Virus record (IMG/VR): IMGVR_UViG_3300045988_086105
Source of the DNA: a virus
Length of the DNA stretch: 59,402 nucleotides
Direction: 5' to 3' (one strand)
Under the pieces are notes generated by a model. It worked only from the letters and a program-made list of their open reading frames with translations. It was not told where the DNA came from and ran no database searches. Every line of letters starts with the position of its first letter. The first letter of the stretch is position 1. Position numbers and translations under genes: made by a program. Of this stretch, positions 50,311-59,402 are shown piece by piece.

Positions 50311-50484
50311 TCACTTCCCGCTTAATAAGACGCTCATCATATATGAACTAATTATCAGTTGGTCAATTTTCCTCATTTTCTCAACACATCTGGCATGTAG
50401 TTCGCCGCTCATCAGCACTTTCTCCATACTCAGCATCTCTGGCCAGTCTTTCCGCCAGTGGAATAATTTATAAAATTCCATCAT
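50311..50484 (-). CDS. Hypothetical protein (57 aa)
   Basis: Hand-translated: MMEFYKLFHWRKDWPEMLSMEKVL.... GGGGTG RBS. Confidence 0.45.
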   Translation of the reverse strand: MMEFYKLFHWRKDWPEMLSMEKVLMSGELHARCVEKMRKIDQLIISSYMMSVLLSGK

Positions 50485-50494
50485 TATCACCCCG

Positions 50495-50551
50495 TCATAA
50501 TGCTTCCTGCGGTTTGTTGATCTCTGCCGGTGTTAAATGTCTCTTTCCCAT
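50495..50551 (-). other. 18-codon ORF duplicating the RBS and first 7 codons of gene 54330..54932
   Basis: GTAGGAGGATAT-ATG. MGKRHLTPAEINKPQEAL versus MGKRHLTRNEILARC...; the first 23 nt differ at 2 positions. Confidence 0.5.
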
Positions 50552-50559
50552 ATATCCTC

Positions 50560-51946
50560 CTACGCAAACCGGAGTTGACCGGTCTGCTCCTGTGCTATTT
50601 TCATGTTTCCGGTGCGCTCTGCCACACACAATTCCGGGAGATTGGCTCTTACCAATGCAGCCGGAATCGGAGGGCACACTGCATTGCCGCATCTCCGCAC
50701 CTGTTCACTCCGTGGATAGGTTTTACCGGTATAATCATGCTCGATTATGTAATCATCCGGGAATCCCTGGCATCCGTACAACTCCCTTGGCTCCAGCATC
50801 CGAAGACCAATATCCACGATCTGATAATCTGTTCCGTTGATGGTTACCAGTCCGAATCTGTCCTGCGCCGTCACGGTGTCCAACGGTGCCTTTATATCCT
50901 GTCCAGTTCCCTGTCCATAATATTTGATTAAAAAAGCTCTCACCTCTCCGAAATGACCGTCTCCTGCTGTAATTGTCGGAATTGGCTCTTTTACATCCCT
51001 TCCATCACAATGATTATTCATCTGAATAAGGTTTACTGCACACATAGCGTTTCTTTCAAGCGTCGTAATGGTGTGCAATGGTTCTTTAATGTAAGATCCG
51101 TTTCCTTGATAATTCCCGCCATAGTATTTCTGAATGATAAAAGGCTCTGGATTATCCAAAACGAATTTTTTCAATCCTCTGGCTATTCTGTCCATTGTCT
51201 TTTGTGCCAGTGGGCGGCGTGCCCGTATGCCGTATTTTTCTTTGACTTCTTCCGAAGTATCAAAGATACTTGGACAGGGCAAGGAAAAATCCAACTGCGT
51301 ATATGCTCCAATATAAGGTTTTTTCAATCCCGCCTTTACCTCTTCACTGTCTGCCGGTGCGTGTGTCGGCTCTGGCCAGACAATCGGTTTGCCGTCGCAT
51401 CTTGCAATCAGGAAAAATCTTTTTCTCATGGTTGGAGCGCCGTAATCAGCAGCAACCAACTCTTTTGTCTGGACTGTATATCCCAATTTCCATAATTGTC
51501 CTATAAACTTCCGATATGTCTGCCCTTTTTTCTTCTTAATTGGATGGTGTCGCCGATTCAGCGGACCCCATTGCTGAAATTCTTCCACGTTTTCCAACAT
51601 AATCACCCTCGGTCTTACAAGTCCCGCCCATCGGCATGCTACCCATGCAAGGCCGCGTATGAACTTGTCTTTTGGCTTACCGCCTTTGGCTTTGCTGAAA
51701 TGTTTGCAGTCCGGTGAGAACCAGGCAAGTCCTACTGGATGCCCATTGCAAGCTTTCACCGGATCTACCTGCCATACATCCTCACAGTAATGTTTCGTAT
51801 TGGGGTGGTTTGCCTTATGCATCTTAATTGCTTCCGGGTCATGGTTGATGGCTATATCTACACTATATCCTGTTGCCATCTCGATTCCGGTTGACGCACC
51901 ACCCCCGCCTGGCAAAGTTGTCTACGATTAATTCACCGTTAATCAT
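50560..51946 (-). pseudogene. dcm: DNA (cytosine-5) methyltransferase with a 1-nt frameshift after codon 12
   Basis: ATG 51946 (GAGGTGG RBS) encodes MINGELIVDNFA. Skipping one base (about 51911) restores DNFAGGGGAS (motif I) in frame with the 451-aa ORF carrying SPDCKHFS and IMLENV. Confidence 0.75.
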
Positions 51947-52481
51947 TTACTGCCACCTCACTTTCGTCTATATAATTCCAAATATATCCACCGCATGTAT
52001 TTCTTTTTCCTTTTAATGCGTTACACAAGTTACTCCTGCTGATATGGCAAATTTCAGAAGCTTTCGCAAGTGAAGAAAATTTCACAACACTCCCGTCTGA
52101 CGATACTCCCATAACAGCTCTTTTCTTTCTTCCTGCGTAGTCAACATGATTGGTAAGTCCATTTCTAATAGCATGTTGCATATTTTCATAATTCGTTATC
52201 CATTCAAGATTCCAGACAGTATTATTTTCTTTATTTGTATCTTTGTGATTTACCTGTGGAAGATTGTCTGGATTTTCAATAAATGCAATGGCAACTGCCC
52301 TGTGTACTTTTATAGTTGCTTGGATATTGTTTTTGCTTAAAGAAACCCTTAAATATCCTTTTCCGTCCTTATGCGGTTTCATAACCTTTTTAGTATCTTT
52401 GTTTCTGATAATCCCGGTATTACTTACCTCATATCTGTCTCCGTATACATATGTGTCCCTCCATTCAACCTCTGCATTCAT
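51939..52481 (-). CDS. HNH homing endonuclease (NUMOD4/HNH_3-like)
   Basis: EWRDTYVYGDRYEVSNTGIIRN...HRAVAIAFIENPDNLPQVNHKDTNKENN. Confidence 0.8.
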   Translation of the reverse strand: MNAEVEWRDTYVYGDRYEVSNTGIIRNKDTKKVMKPHKDGKGYLRVSLSKNNIQATIKVHRAVAIAFIENPDNLPQVNHKDTNKENNTVWNLEWITNYENMQHAIRNGLTNHVDYAGRKKRAVMGVSSDGSVVKFSSLAKASEICHISRSNLCNALKGKRNTCGGYIWNYIDESEVAVND

Positions 52482-53362
52482 GGCATCACCTCCGGAAAGT
52501 CCTCAAAATCCATCTGATTGATATTTTCAAACACCAGCATTTCTTCCTTTGCTCTTTGGTAAAAATTTCGGTCAATCTCAAATCCAAACGCATTTCTTCC
52601 CAGTTCTATGGCCGCTCTTAATGTGCTGCCACTTCCACAGCACGGATCAATTACCACATCCCCGGGATCTGTAAAAATCTCAATCATCCTTTTCAACACT
52701 ACCACAGGTTTCTGTGCCGGATGAATCTTTGGAATGTCCTTTCCGTCCTTTTCCCAGGTAAACCAGTTAAAAATCATTTTCCCAGTCCCTCGTATTGTCT
52801 TTCCATCTTCATCAATCCTTGCCCCGTTTCGGAACTTCGGAAGTCTGTCGCGGTAGAAAACAAGCGCATATTCCGTTGCTCCTACAATTCGCATATTAGC
52901 TTTCAACACCTGTGGGCTGTAGTTTTTAACAAATACCAGAGGTATATAGTGAATAAACCCATGCTTTTTCCCTGCCTCAATAAGCGTGGACATCTGTTCA
53001 AATGAACAAAACACAATCATGCAGGGGCTGTTACTACTCCTTCCTCTAGCAACGCTTTTCTTGTCATCTTTTTTAAGCATCTTGGAACAAAAGTGGAAGT
53101 ATTCGTACAGATTAAAATTGAAATCTGAATTGAATGCCGCTTTCCCTGCAAGCTTGCTCTCGCCGTTCTTATTATCCCCGCCGTTGTACCACATGGGGTT
53201 GCTTCCATAAAAGTTCTTTCCTACGTTATACGGCACATCTGCAATTACAAGCTGTGCCTTGGGGATTCCATACTTTTTGTAGTTCTGCATGGAATCCCGA
53301 TATATTTCACACTTTACTTTCATTTTTCTAAAAGGAACCCGATATATCGTTACCATGCGCAT
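52478..53362 (-). CDS. N6-adenine/N4-cytosine DNA methyltransferase
   Basis: DVPY (DPPY-type motif IV) in VIADVPYNVG, and motif I VIDPCCGSGSTLRAAIELGRNAFGFEID. Confidence 0.85.
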   Translation of the reverse strand: MRMVTIYRVPFRKMKVKCEIYRDSMQNYKKYGIPKAQLVIADVPYNVGKNFYGSNPMWYNGGDNKNGESKLAGKAAFNSDFNFNLYEYFHFCSKMLKKDDKKSVARGRSSNSPCMIVFCSFEQMSTLIEAGKKHGFIHYIPLVFVKNYSPQVLKANMRIVGATEYALVFYRDRLPKFRNGARIDEDGKTIRGTGKMIFNWFTWEKDGKDIPKIHPAQKPVVVLKRMIEIFTDPGDVVIDPCCGSGSTLRAAIELGRNAFGFEIDRNFYQRAKEEMLVFENINQMDFEDFPEVMP

Positions 53363-53380
53363 AGGTTCGGCTCCTTTCTC

Positions 53381-54115
53381 TTATTTCTGTGCTAAATAGC
53401 ACATGATTCCACAATCCGGGAATATTTCTGTGTTCATATCTCCACGGTTGGGATCCAGTTCATCGAGATATAACGGCGTCCCGTCATTCTCTTTCAAAAT
53501 CGAATATCCAACCAGTCGTTCCAACTGTGCCCGGCTCTCAAACACTTCCGGGAAGTCCTTGCGGATTCTGTTCCAGTACCCCATGCCGCCCTTGACACAT
53601 CCAATACAGTTATTGTTTGGATATCCCATGTCGTACATTTTGGGACGAGGAAAATCAAAAGTCCTTTCAAACAAACCATGCACTTCTGCTTTGCTCAGGT
53701 ATTTTTCGATGAGTGGAAATTCGTGGTGAAATTCTTGGAAATTCGCCACTATCTGTCGGGTTCTGTTCTTTTCGTTGAAGTCCATTCCCCAAACATAAGT
53801 AAGATCATATTCCTTGTGTTCGCACTCCCACTTTTTCCTCACTGCTTTTTTCAGCATTCCGGTGCAGGGAGCCCCGTGTGGCATCTTAATGCATTTGTAC
53901 TTTTTGATTACCTCCTCTACGCTATCGAATCTATCTGATTTCAGCACTGTGATTTTCTTTCCGATTGCTTTCTCACAATCCTGCAGAAATCTCATGCTGT
54001 CTGGATGCTGGTCAGCTATATCTATGTAAATCCATTCGTCTACATCTCCGGCAAGATACCCTGCCATGAAACTGCTGATTCCTGCGCTTATCCAACACAC
54101 CTTTAATTTTTTCAT
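53381..54115 (-). CDS. PP-loop (adenine nucleotide alpha-hydrolase) superfamily protein, PAPS-reductase-like
   Basis: The N-terminus CWISAGISSFMAG resembles a degenerate SGGxDS PP-loop. CIGC lies near the C-terminus. Adjacent to the MTases. Confidence 0.5.
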   Translation of the reverse strand: MKKLKVCWISAGISSFMAGYLAGDVDEWIYIDIADQHPDSMRFLQDCEKAIGKKITVLKSDRFDSVEEVIKKYKCIKMPHGAPCTGMLKKAVRKKWECEHKEYDLTYVWGMDFNEKNRTRQIVANFQEFHHEFPLIEKYLSKAEVHGLFERTFDFPRPKMYDMGYPNNNCIGCVKGGMGYWNRIRKDFPEVFESRAQLERLVGYSILKENDGTPLYLDELDPNRGDMNTEIFPDCGIMCYLAQK

Positions 54116-54329
54116 AACACCACGCTACAAATCGCTTTGTAATCGTGGATAAATTTTTAGATTGCTCTACATATACGGTTTGTTTCCGCTCCGTACCTTA
54201 TAGCCACTATGATTATTTTTCTGTACAACCATACCTATTCTCCGTTGCACAACCTCGGTTTACCGAGGATTCGTTATTCCTTTCCTGTCAAATTGATAAT
54301 CATTTTTGCCTTTCCACCATGTTTCATGG

Positions 54330-54932
54330 TTAATCTCCTGTCATCAAGCTTCCGCTTTTCTGTGTCAGCGGGTCTACCGGATTTTCAAAATAGATACCAG
54401 CATCATCCAGAAGTTCTTTCTTCCACTGCCTGACAGTTACCTTGTCCTGCTGATACAGCTGCAGCATCTCATTGATTTTCTCCTGTATCCGTGTCAGCCG
54501 TTCTTTTCCGAACCCATAAATCTCGATCAGTGCCGTGAAGAAAAACAGCATGTACCTGGTCGCCTGCTCGTTGATGGCGTTCTGCGGATCGATTTGTTTT
54601 TCGTCCAGCCAGTAATCAAAACTGCCTTTCTTTGCCGTTATATCTGCTTTGGTGTATTTCTCGTGCGTGATCGTCCATTCCGCCCGTTCATACAGTTTCT
54701 TGCTGATTTCTTCCAGATCAACCCGTCCGGCATCATATTCCGACTGCAACTCATTGACCCTGGTTACAATCTTCTGCAACCGCTGTCCCTTGAATCCCTC
54801 CGATTTCATGGCAGCATAACTGCAGATAATGCTCATTGCTGTCCACGGAGACCGATCACACAATCTTCTCTCCCTTGCCACGGCATTGCACCTGGCAAGT
54901 ATCTCATTTCGTGTTAAGTGTCTTTTTCCCAT
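54330..54932 (-). CDS. Hypothetical protein (200 aa)
   Basis: Track ORF. Its 5' end is duplicated at 50495-50551. Confidence 0.55.
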   Translation of the reverse strand: MGKRHLTRNEILARCNAVARERRLCDRSPWTAMSIICSYAAMKSEGFKGQRLQKIVTRVNELQSEYDAGRVDLEEISKKLYERAEWTITHEKYTKADITAKKGSFDYWLDEKQIDPQNAINEQATRYMLFFFTALIEIYGFGKERLTRIQEKINEMLQLYQQDKVTVRQWKKELLDDAGIYFENPVDPLTQKSGSLMTGD

Positions 54933-55182
54933 TTGCTCTGCCTTTCATAACCACACGCGCAATCGCTTTATACTGTTTCTCCAGATCTTTGATTGCTTCA
55001 TCTAATCTGTCTAATTCCGCGAACATCTGCTTCTCTGTCATGCGTTTTCGGGGCTGTACACCAAGGATTTCCATTATCTTTTTCCTGGAACAGCAGTTAA
55101 GGTCTGCCAGTATCCCGATCTGCATGCTCTTATTCTTCGCACCGGCGTAGTCCCTGCGGATTTCGCCCTCGGTCATGTACAT
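54904..55182 (-). CDS. Hypothetical, possibly DNA-binding protein (92 aa)
   Basis: GGGAGGTG RBS 5 nt before ATG 55182. Confidence 0.5.
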   Translation of the reverse strand: MYMTEGEIRRDYAGAKNKSMQIGILADLNCCSRKKIMEILGVQPRKRMTEKQMFAELDRLDEAIKDLEKQYKAIARVVMKGRANGKKTLNTK

Positions 55183-55388
55183 CACAGCACCTCCCGTATC
55201 TGGTCGATGTGTACCAGGTTCAGCCTGCTGCCGTCCCGGAACTCTATGTAGGCACCATCTGCGTTGTTGGTGTAACCGTATACCTCATGGCTGTCGCTGG
55301 GATAGTCATTCTCCAGACGCAACCGGGTACCAATGGGGTACAGGGATATTACCGCCATGTATTCCATTTGCTTTGACATTTTATACAC
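55182..55388 (-). CDS. Hypothetical protein (68 aa)
   Basis: Track ORF. Confidence 0.45.
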   Translation of the reverse strand: MYKMSKQMEYMAVISLYPIGTRLRLENDYPSDSHEVYGYTNNADGAYIEFRDGSRLNLVHIDQIREVL

Positions 55389-55478
55389 TCTTGCTTTCTA
55401 TAATAAGTTTTCTACGATACTCTTGCACTCTTTATGACTGCTTTCCTACTGGTTTAATCATTCAATATCCCTCCTCGC

Positions 55479-55976
55479 TCAATTACTCAAAATTTCTTTT
55501 TCCAACTCATTGAAATCATAGCTATTTTGCTGAAATTGATTGAATTTGTTTTTTACTTCATTTGAGTTCTTTTTGAGTTTCTTCTTTTTTTCTTTATTTA
55601 ATTTTCTTTTTTCAATTACTTTTGGAATTTGTTCTGGAATATCCTGTTGGCTGATTTTACTTTTAGGCACTCCCTGGTAAACATCATAGTTGTTTACAGT
55701 GAAAATTGTGTATCGGTTATAACTACTCTTTGAAATTTCTCCAGTAAAAATTAAATGTTTTAATGCTGTCCGTACTTCACTGCTTGTCATTTTAGTTTCC
55801 TCTGATAGCTCTGCGATTGAAGAAATCATGGAGCCTCTCTGAATAGTTACCTCCTCAAATCTTTCATTTTGCCAATTTGCCTTAATAAGCATGTGAATGA
55901 ATAGCCGACAAGTATTAGTGTCTCCATACCATTCCCAATTGTAAATTTTTCTGTTTAACTTGATGTAACCATCCAT
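55479..55976 (-). CDS. Replisome-organizer/replication-initiator-like winged-helix protein
   Basis: MDGYIKLNRKIYNWEWYGDTNTCRLFIHMLIKANW...SISSIAELSEETKMTSSEVRTALKHL. Confidence 0.6.
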   Translation of the reverse strand: MDGYIKLNRKIYNWEWYGDTNTCRLFIHMLIKANWQNERFEEVTIQRGSMISSIAELSEETKMTSSEVRTALKHLIFTGEISKSSYNRYTIFTVNNYDVYQGVPKSKISQQDIPEQIPKVIEKRKLNKEKKKKLKKNSNEVKNKFNQFQQNSYDFNELEKEILSN

Positions 55977-55998
55977 TTATGCCCTTTCCGGCAGAAAA

Positions 55999-56616
55999 CT
56001 ATTTTTTATGCGCCAATAAAAAATTTTCAAATTTTTCCATGGCTTTTTCCTGGTTAACAGTAGGCGGTTCTTTTTTTGTGGAAACATTAAGATGTAGGTC
56101 AAACAAATGGCATATTTCCCTGCTGGCATTAATATATCCCTGTCTCAGCCCATCTCTGTATGTTTTTCCAGGTCTAAAATCATCAATTTGTCTTTTACCG
56201 CCTCCTTGCGAACCAGATGTTTTATTTCTTAGCTGATATCCTTCCTCTGCATAGTGCTTAATCCAGTATTGTTCTCGAATATCTAATTCTGAAACAGAAT
56301 AATAAATAAAATCTATTTTCCAGCCATAAGGATTATCTTCTGAATAAAGTCCATGTTTTTTTAGTGACAAATCAATATGCTGATAACCATTTAGGTGACC
56401 GGCTATCCTTGACAAAAGATGCACTGCCTGTCCGACATAAACATATCGAAACCCATCTTCATCAATCCTTGTCAAAAAGTAAATTCCACTTCCGTTATCT
56501 ACTTTTGGATTAACTGCCAATATCTTTTCCCGATTCTTTTTCTCAATATCCTTGGCTTTCTGAATATTTTCCCAGTTATTCAAAACGGGCACTCCTTTCC
56601 ATTCCGTAAAATCCAT
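55999..56616 (-). CDS. GIY-YIG endonuclease (start uncertain)
   Basis: GIYFLTRIDEDGFRYVYVGQAVHLLSRIAGH. The 5' end of the track ORF overlaps the upstream gene. Confidence 0.65.
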   Translation of the reverse strand: MDFTEWKGVPVLNNWENIQKAKDIEKKNREKILAVNPKVDNGSGIYFLTRIDEDGFRYVYVGQAVHLLSRIAGHLNGYQHIDLSLKKHGLYSEDNPYGWKIDFIYYSVSELDIREQYWIKHYAEEGYQLRNKTSGSQGGGKRQIDDFRPGKTYRDGLRQGYINASREICHLFDLHLNVSTKKEPPTVNQEKAMEKFENFLLAHKK

Positions 56617-57326
56617 TCCTTGCCTGCTGCCGCATAGTCCACATTTGCCAATGGAGCAATCTTTTTTACCTCTACGGCACATTCTTTGGCATCAGAATTA
56701 TCACGGCTTAAATGGCACAATATGACGTTCTGCAGGGCATCTGATTTGTTCGCAATGACAAATTCTTTTACCGTTTCCAGTTCCATATGACCACGGTACA
56801 CATGGGATTTCTTAGCATCGTTGGAATCCTCTGTAATGTACTTCTTCTGATAGTTACATGAAATAAGGATGTGGTTTACTTCATGGAACCGCCACTTAAC
56901 AAATTCCGTGTCAGTTACATAAAGCAATTTTCCCATTTCCGGGTGAGTAATCAGGAATCCATAACAAGGGCATTCTGAACCGTCAGCGTTGGTATGTGTC
57001 CACTTACCATCCAGTGTCGTAAGATCAAATGCCATTATTTTTCCACCAGTAAACCCTATTTCCATAGGTTCTAAACTCTCATATGGCTTAAATACTGGTA
57101 TTCCCATGTGTTCAAGGTCTGATACGGATAATGAGTGGTCTTTGTGCGCATGGGTGCATATAGCACCCACAACGCACTTTATATCCCAGTTAAGACCACG
57201 TTTTATGTCCATGATAGGAAGTCCTGCATCCAGTAAAAGTGTTTCACCGTTATCTGCCGTTAGAAGATAGCAGTTGCCGGAAGAACCGGAGCCTAAACAT
57301 TTTAGTTTCATCAGCTGATACCTCAC
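56580..57326 (-). CDS. Metallo-beta-lactamase-fold protein (candidate nuclease of the recombination module)
   Basis: CTHAHKDHS (HxHxDH motif). Located downstream of recT. Confidence 0.7.
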   Translation of the reverse strand: MRYQLMKLKCLGSGSSGNCYLLTADNGETLLLDAGLPIMDIKRGLNWDIKCVVGAICTHAHKDHSLSVSDLEHMGIPVFKPYESLEPMEIGFTGGKIMAFDLTTLDGKWTHTNADGSECPCYGFLITHPEMGKLLYVTDTEFVKWRFHEVNHILISCNYQKKYITEDSNDAKKSHVYRGHMELETVKEFVIANKSDALQNVILCHLSRDNSDAKECAVEVKKIAPLANVDYAAAGKEWILRNGKECPF

Positions 57327-57718
57327 TTTCCGAAAAACTCTTCTCTCATATCTACAACTTTGTATCTGCTATGAGAAAATGATCTGTTCTGCTTAACTCT
57401 CTGCTCATTGTCACAAATAAACTGTTTGCATATTTCCGGTCTAACTGGATATATTCTGCATTTCTTACAACTCTTGTCCGTGTCAAGAAATGGGCAAGTC
57501 ATGTCAAAAGCAGGAGCGGCTAAAGGAAGAAGATGTCTGCATTCACTTATATTGTTTTCTTCCACATACTTGTGAACCTTTTCCACTTCCTTTTTGCTCA
57601 TTGGTAAAAGGTTGGAACAGCAATTACCACACTGACTGCATTTTCCGTATTTGCAGAAGTTGTATATATTATCTTCCATTTCTTTATGAACTTTTTCTAA
57701 CAACGACAAGGTTTCCAT
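57323..57718 (-). CDS. CxxCxxCC zinc/iron-chelating domain protein (YkgJ-like)
   Basis: CSQCGNCCSNLLP...CPFLD...CKKCRIYPVRPEICKQF. Confidence 0.65.
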   Translation of the reverse strand: METLSLLEKVHKEMEDNIYNFCKYGKCSQCGNCCSNLLPMSKKEVEKVHKYVEENNISECRHLLPLAAPAFDMTCPFLDTDKSCKKCRIYPVRPEICKQFICDNEQRVKQNRSFSHSRYKVVDMREEFFGK

Positions 57719-57727
57719 AGTGTTCTC

Positions 57728-58783
57728 CTACTTAAAGCAATCCGGTGTCTCTGCGCTGGCAATGTCCGTCTCTGCGGTCTGCGGTACTTCCTTGAAAGAA
57801 CCTTCCACAAATTCTATTGAATTAGCATTCTCCTTAATCTCTTCCTGCGCTTCCTGGTATGTTTCATCCATCTGCAAAATTGACTGCGAAGCAATGGAAT
57901 TGAAATCTTTAGGATACTTCTTGATGGCATTGTTACGCATTTTACGAACGATCATGCTCTCCGGTGTATCAAGCCATGCTGCGGAGATATATGGTCTTGC
58001 CACCTCACAATTCAACATATCTTCAAGAGTTTCACACTTCCGAAGTTCAGAAAAAATCTCTTCTTTCTTAGCTTCAATAGCTTTTTTCTCTGCATCCGTT
58101 GCATCGTACCTGGTCTTCTTTCCACCTTTTACCAGTCCGAATGTCTCGTTCATCATATTATTACGGATATGAGCAAAGAGATTTGTTTTTACTCCCTCTC
58201 TCTCCGCAATCAGATACTCTACTTTGCCATTCTCCATTTCTACAGGGTATACAACACGAATTACTTTCTGTGATTCTCCTTTTTCTTCCCATTCCGGTTG
58301 AGTCATTTCCATGCCCTTATGTTTCGGATAAACGAAAATATCTCCCGCTTTTACAAGCCACACAGGATGTACTTTCTTCACTCCTACACCAAAGTTGCGA
58401 AGAATTGCATCGTTTCCGTCTCCCTCGATTCCCATTTCAACTTCCTTGTACCAATTTCCGCTGGCATCCTGCTTATTTCTCAACTGGAAGTAGCACTCTC
58501 TCGGCACTGCATTGGCATTGAGTTTGAGACTTGCCACCTGCCCGATAACCTGTCGTAAATTGGAACCATTTAAGTTGCTCATGTCAGCTTTATTAGATTT
58601 GACAAGGTTGTAGATGGCGCTCATAGATGCCATGGCGCACTGTTTGGAATAATCATCAAGCGCAAGTCCGTGCTCTGCAAAATCACGCTCCATAAGCCCT
58701 GTATACTGGTTCGCATAATAGGAAAGCTGTGTATTCATTTCTTTCTTTTCCTCTTCTTTTGCTACTGCTGTGTTCTCTGCCAT
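57728..58783 (-). CDS. recT: RecT-family single-strand annealing recombinase
   Basis: Size and motifs (NLRQVIGQVASLKLNANAVPRECYFQLRNK, VYPVEM) resemble RecT. Confidence 0.7.
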   Translation of the reverse strand: MAENTAVAKEEEKKEMNTQLSYYANQYTGLMERDFAEHGLALDDYSKQCAMASMSAIYNLVKSNKADMSNLNGSNLRQVIGQVASLKLNANAVPRECYFQLRNKQDASGNWYKEVEMGIEGDGNDAILRNFGVGVKKVHPVWLVKAGDIFVYPKHKGMEMTQPEWEEKGESQKVIRVVYPVEMENGKVEYLIAEREGVKTNLFAHIRNNMMNETFGLVKGGKKTRYDATDAEKKAIEAKKEEIFSELRKCETLEDMLNCEVARPYISAAWLDTPESMIVRKMRNNAIKKYPKDFNSIASQSILQMDETYQEAQEEIKENANSIEFVEGSFKEVPQTAETDIASAETPDCFK

Positions 58784-58786
58784 CTT

Positions 58787-59065
58787 TTATTCCTCGCTTT
58801 CCGGTTTATTGATAAGCCCATCAATGCCAAAGTGGACTTTCACATCTGCTTTGTAAATCTCTTTAATACTTTTAGGCATCACATGAAATGTCACATCCGT
58901 ATCGGAAATCTTTCCTTTAAATCTCAATGCGCCGCGTTCTGAAAATCCCAAATACACACCAACACAGCACTTGTCCTCAAAATTGAATACCACGGTGTCA
59001 CCAGCATTGATTACTTCTCCGCTCGTTGTCAAAACGGAAATTACTGTCTCTTTCTTAATCTGCAT
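58787..59065 (-). CDS. Hypothetical protein (92 aa)
   Basis: Track ORF. Confidence 0.5.
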   Translation of the reverse strand: MQIKKETVISVLTTSGEVINAGDTVVFNFEDKCCVGVYLGFSERGALRFKGKISDTDVTFHVMPKSIKEIYKADVKVHFGIDGLINKPESEE

Positions 59066-59402
59066 TTTCTACCTCCACAAGTTCTCCATTTTCCAGTCTA
59101 TACCATGTATCAGGCTTAACTTTTTCACCGTCTACTCGGAACATCTTTGCACCGACAAACTCCCATGCTTCCTGCTCTGATCTGTCGTATCTGTCATCCT
59201 CTTCACTGCCAATGTACTCCCATTCAGCAAGTACGATATGGGAGCCAAGAACACCCATTGCTTTTCCCTTGTAACCCCAAGAAACAGCAATACTTTCAGG
59301 ACTATTTGCCGAAGATGCCCCTTTGTAGCCGGTTGCCGAAGATGCCCCGCATGAGCCGGTTGCCGAAGATGCCCCGTAGTCGCCGGTTGCCGAAGATGCC
59401 CC
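59055..59402 (-). CDS. 3' part of the junction-spanning repeat protein (see 1..430)
   Basis: The frame is open from the window end through the GASSATG repeats into MGVLGSHIVLAEWEY..., with the stop at 59055. Confidence 0.6.
   Translation of the reverse strand, partial: GASSATGDYGASSATGSCGASSATGYKGASSANSPESIAVSWGYKGKAMGVLGSHIVLAEWEYIGSEEDDRYDRSEQEAWEFVGAKMFRVDGEKVKPDTWYRLENGELVEVENAD
59306..59402. repeat. 27-bp tandem repeat array (partial unit plus 3 units); the last 55 bp duplicate bases 1-55
   Basis: 59348-59402 is identical to 1-55. Units lie at 59322-48, 59349-75 and 59376-402. Confidence 0.95.

Overview
The window is a complete, circularly closed genome of about 59.35 kb. Bases 1-55 are identical to 59348-59402, which looks like an assembly overlap. 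It reads as a temperate, siphovirus-like tailed phage of a low-GC Gram-positive (Firmicutes/Clostridia-like) host. That host inference rests on AGGAGG-type ribosome-binding sites (RBS), a Cheo-type LexA box and the gene families present.

Almost all genes are on the minus strand. Read in the direction of minus-strand transcription, the order is:
- TerS-like gene (33.4 kb).
- A 2.8-kb non-coding island of tRNAs and structured RNA (31.46-28.66 kb).
- Small zinc-finger genes, TerL, an ArpU/sigma-like regulator and the portal.
- Scaffold, decoration and major capsid genes, and head-tail connectors interrupted by a holin pair.
- Major tail protein, then the G/GT tail chaperones with a -1 slippery site.
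- A GH25 endolysin with two terminators, the tape measure, and tail tip/fibre genes.
- A 3'-truncated integrase remnant and two repressor/switch regions (5.4-7.1 kb).
- Rha antirepressor, a secreted lytic transglycosylase (SLT) and a Rad50/SbcC-like ATPase.
- Across the junction: RecT, an MBL-fold protein, GIY-YIG and HNH endonucleases and a replisome organizer.
- A DNA-modification island (N6/N4 MTase, HNH, C5 MTase, PP-loop enzyme), MazG, YopX and an HNH.
- An Xis-like gene, the integrase and attP (43.8-45.7 kb).
- A 7-gene cargo operon of compositionally odd proteins (43.8-40.6 kb) and an ImmA-like protease.

A plus-strand block at 34.7-40.2 kb carries small early genes, a lipoprotein and three antirepressor-type genes.

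The most unusual observations are:
1. A conserved structured leader of about 95 nt, present twice in inverted orientation. Each copy lies between a sigma70-type promoter and an intrinsic terminator, one ahead of TerS and one ahead of a Bro gene.
2. The tRNA island. It holds six hand-foldable tRNAs, tRNA-like elements with expanded anticodon loops, and tetraloop-rich spacer RNA.
3. A LexA-box promoter driving a 35-codon ORF, divergent from a CI-like repressor whose S24 catalytic serine appears lost.
4. The attP-adjacent cargo operon.

All calls were made by eye from the sequence and the ORF track. No searches or folding programs were run. ORF-track coordinates include the stop codon.
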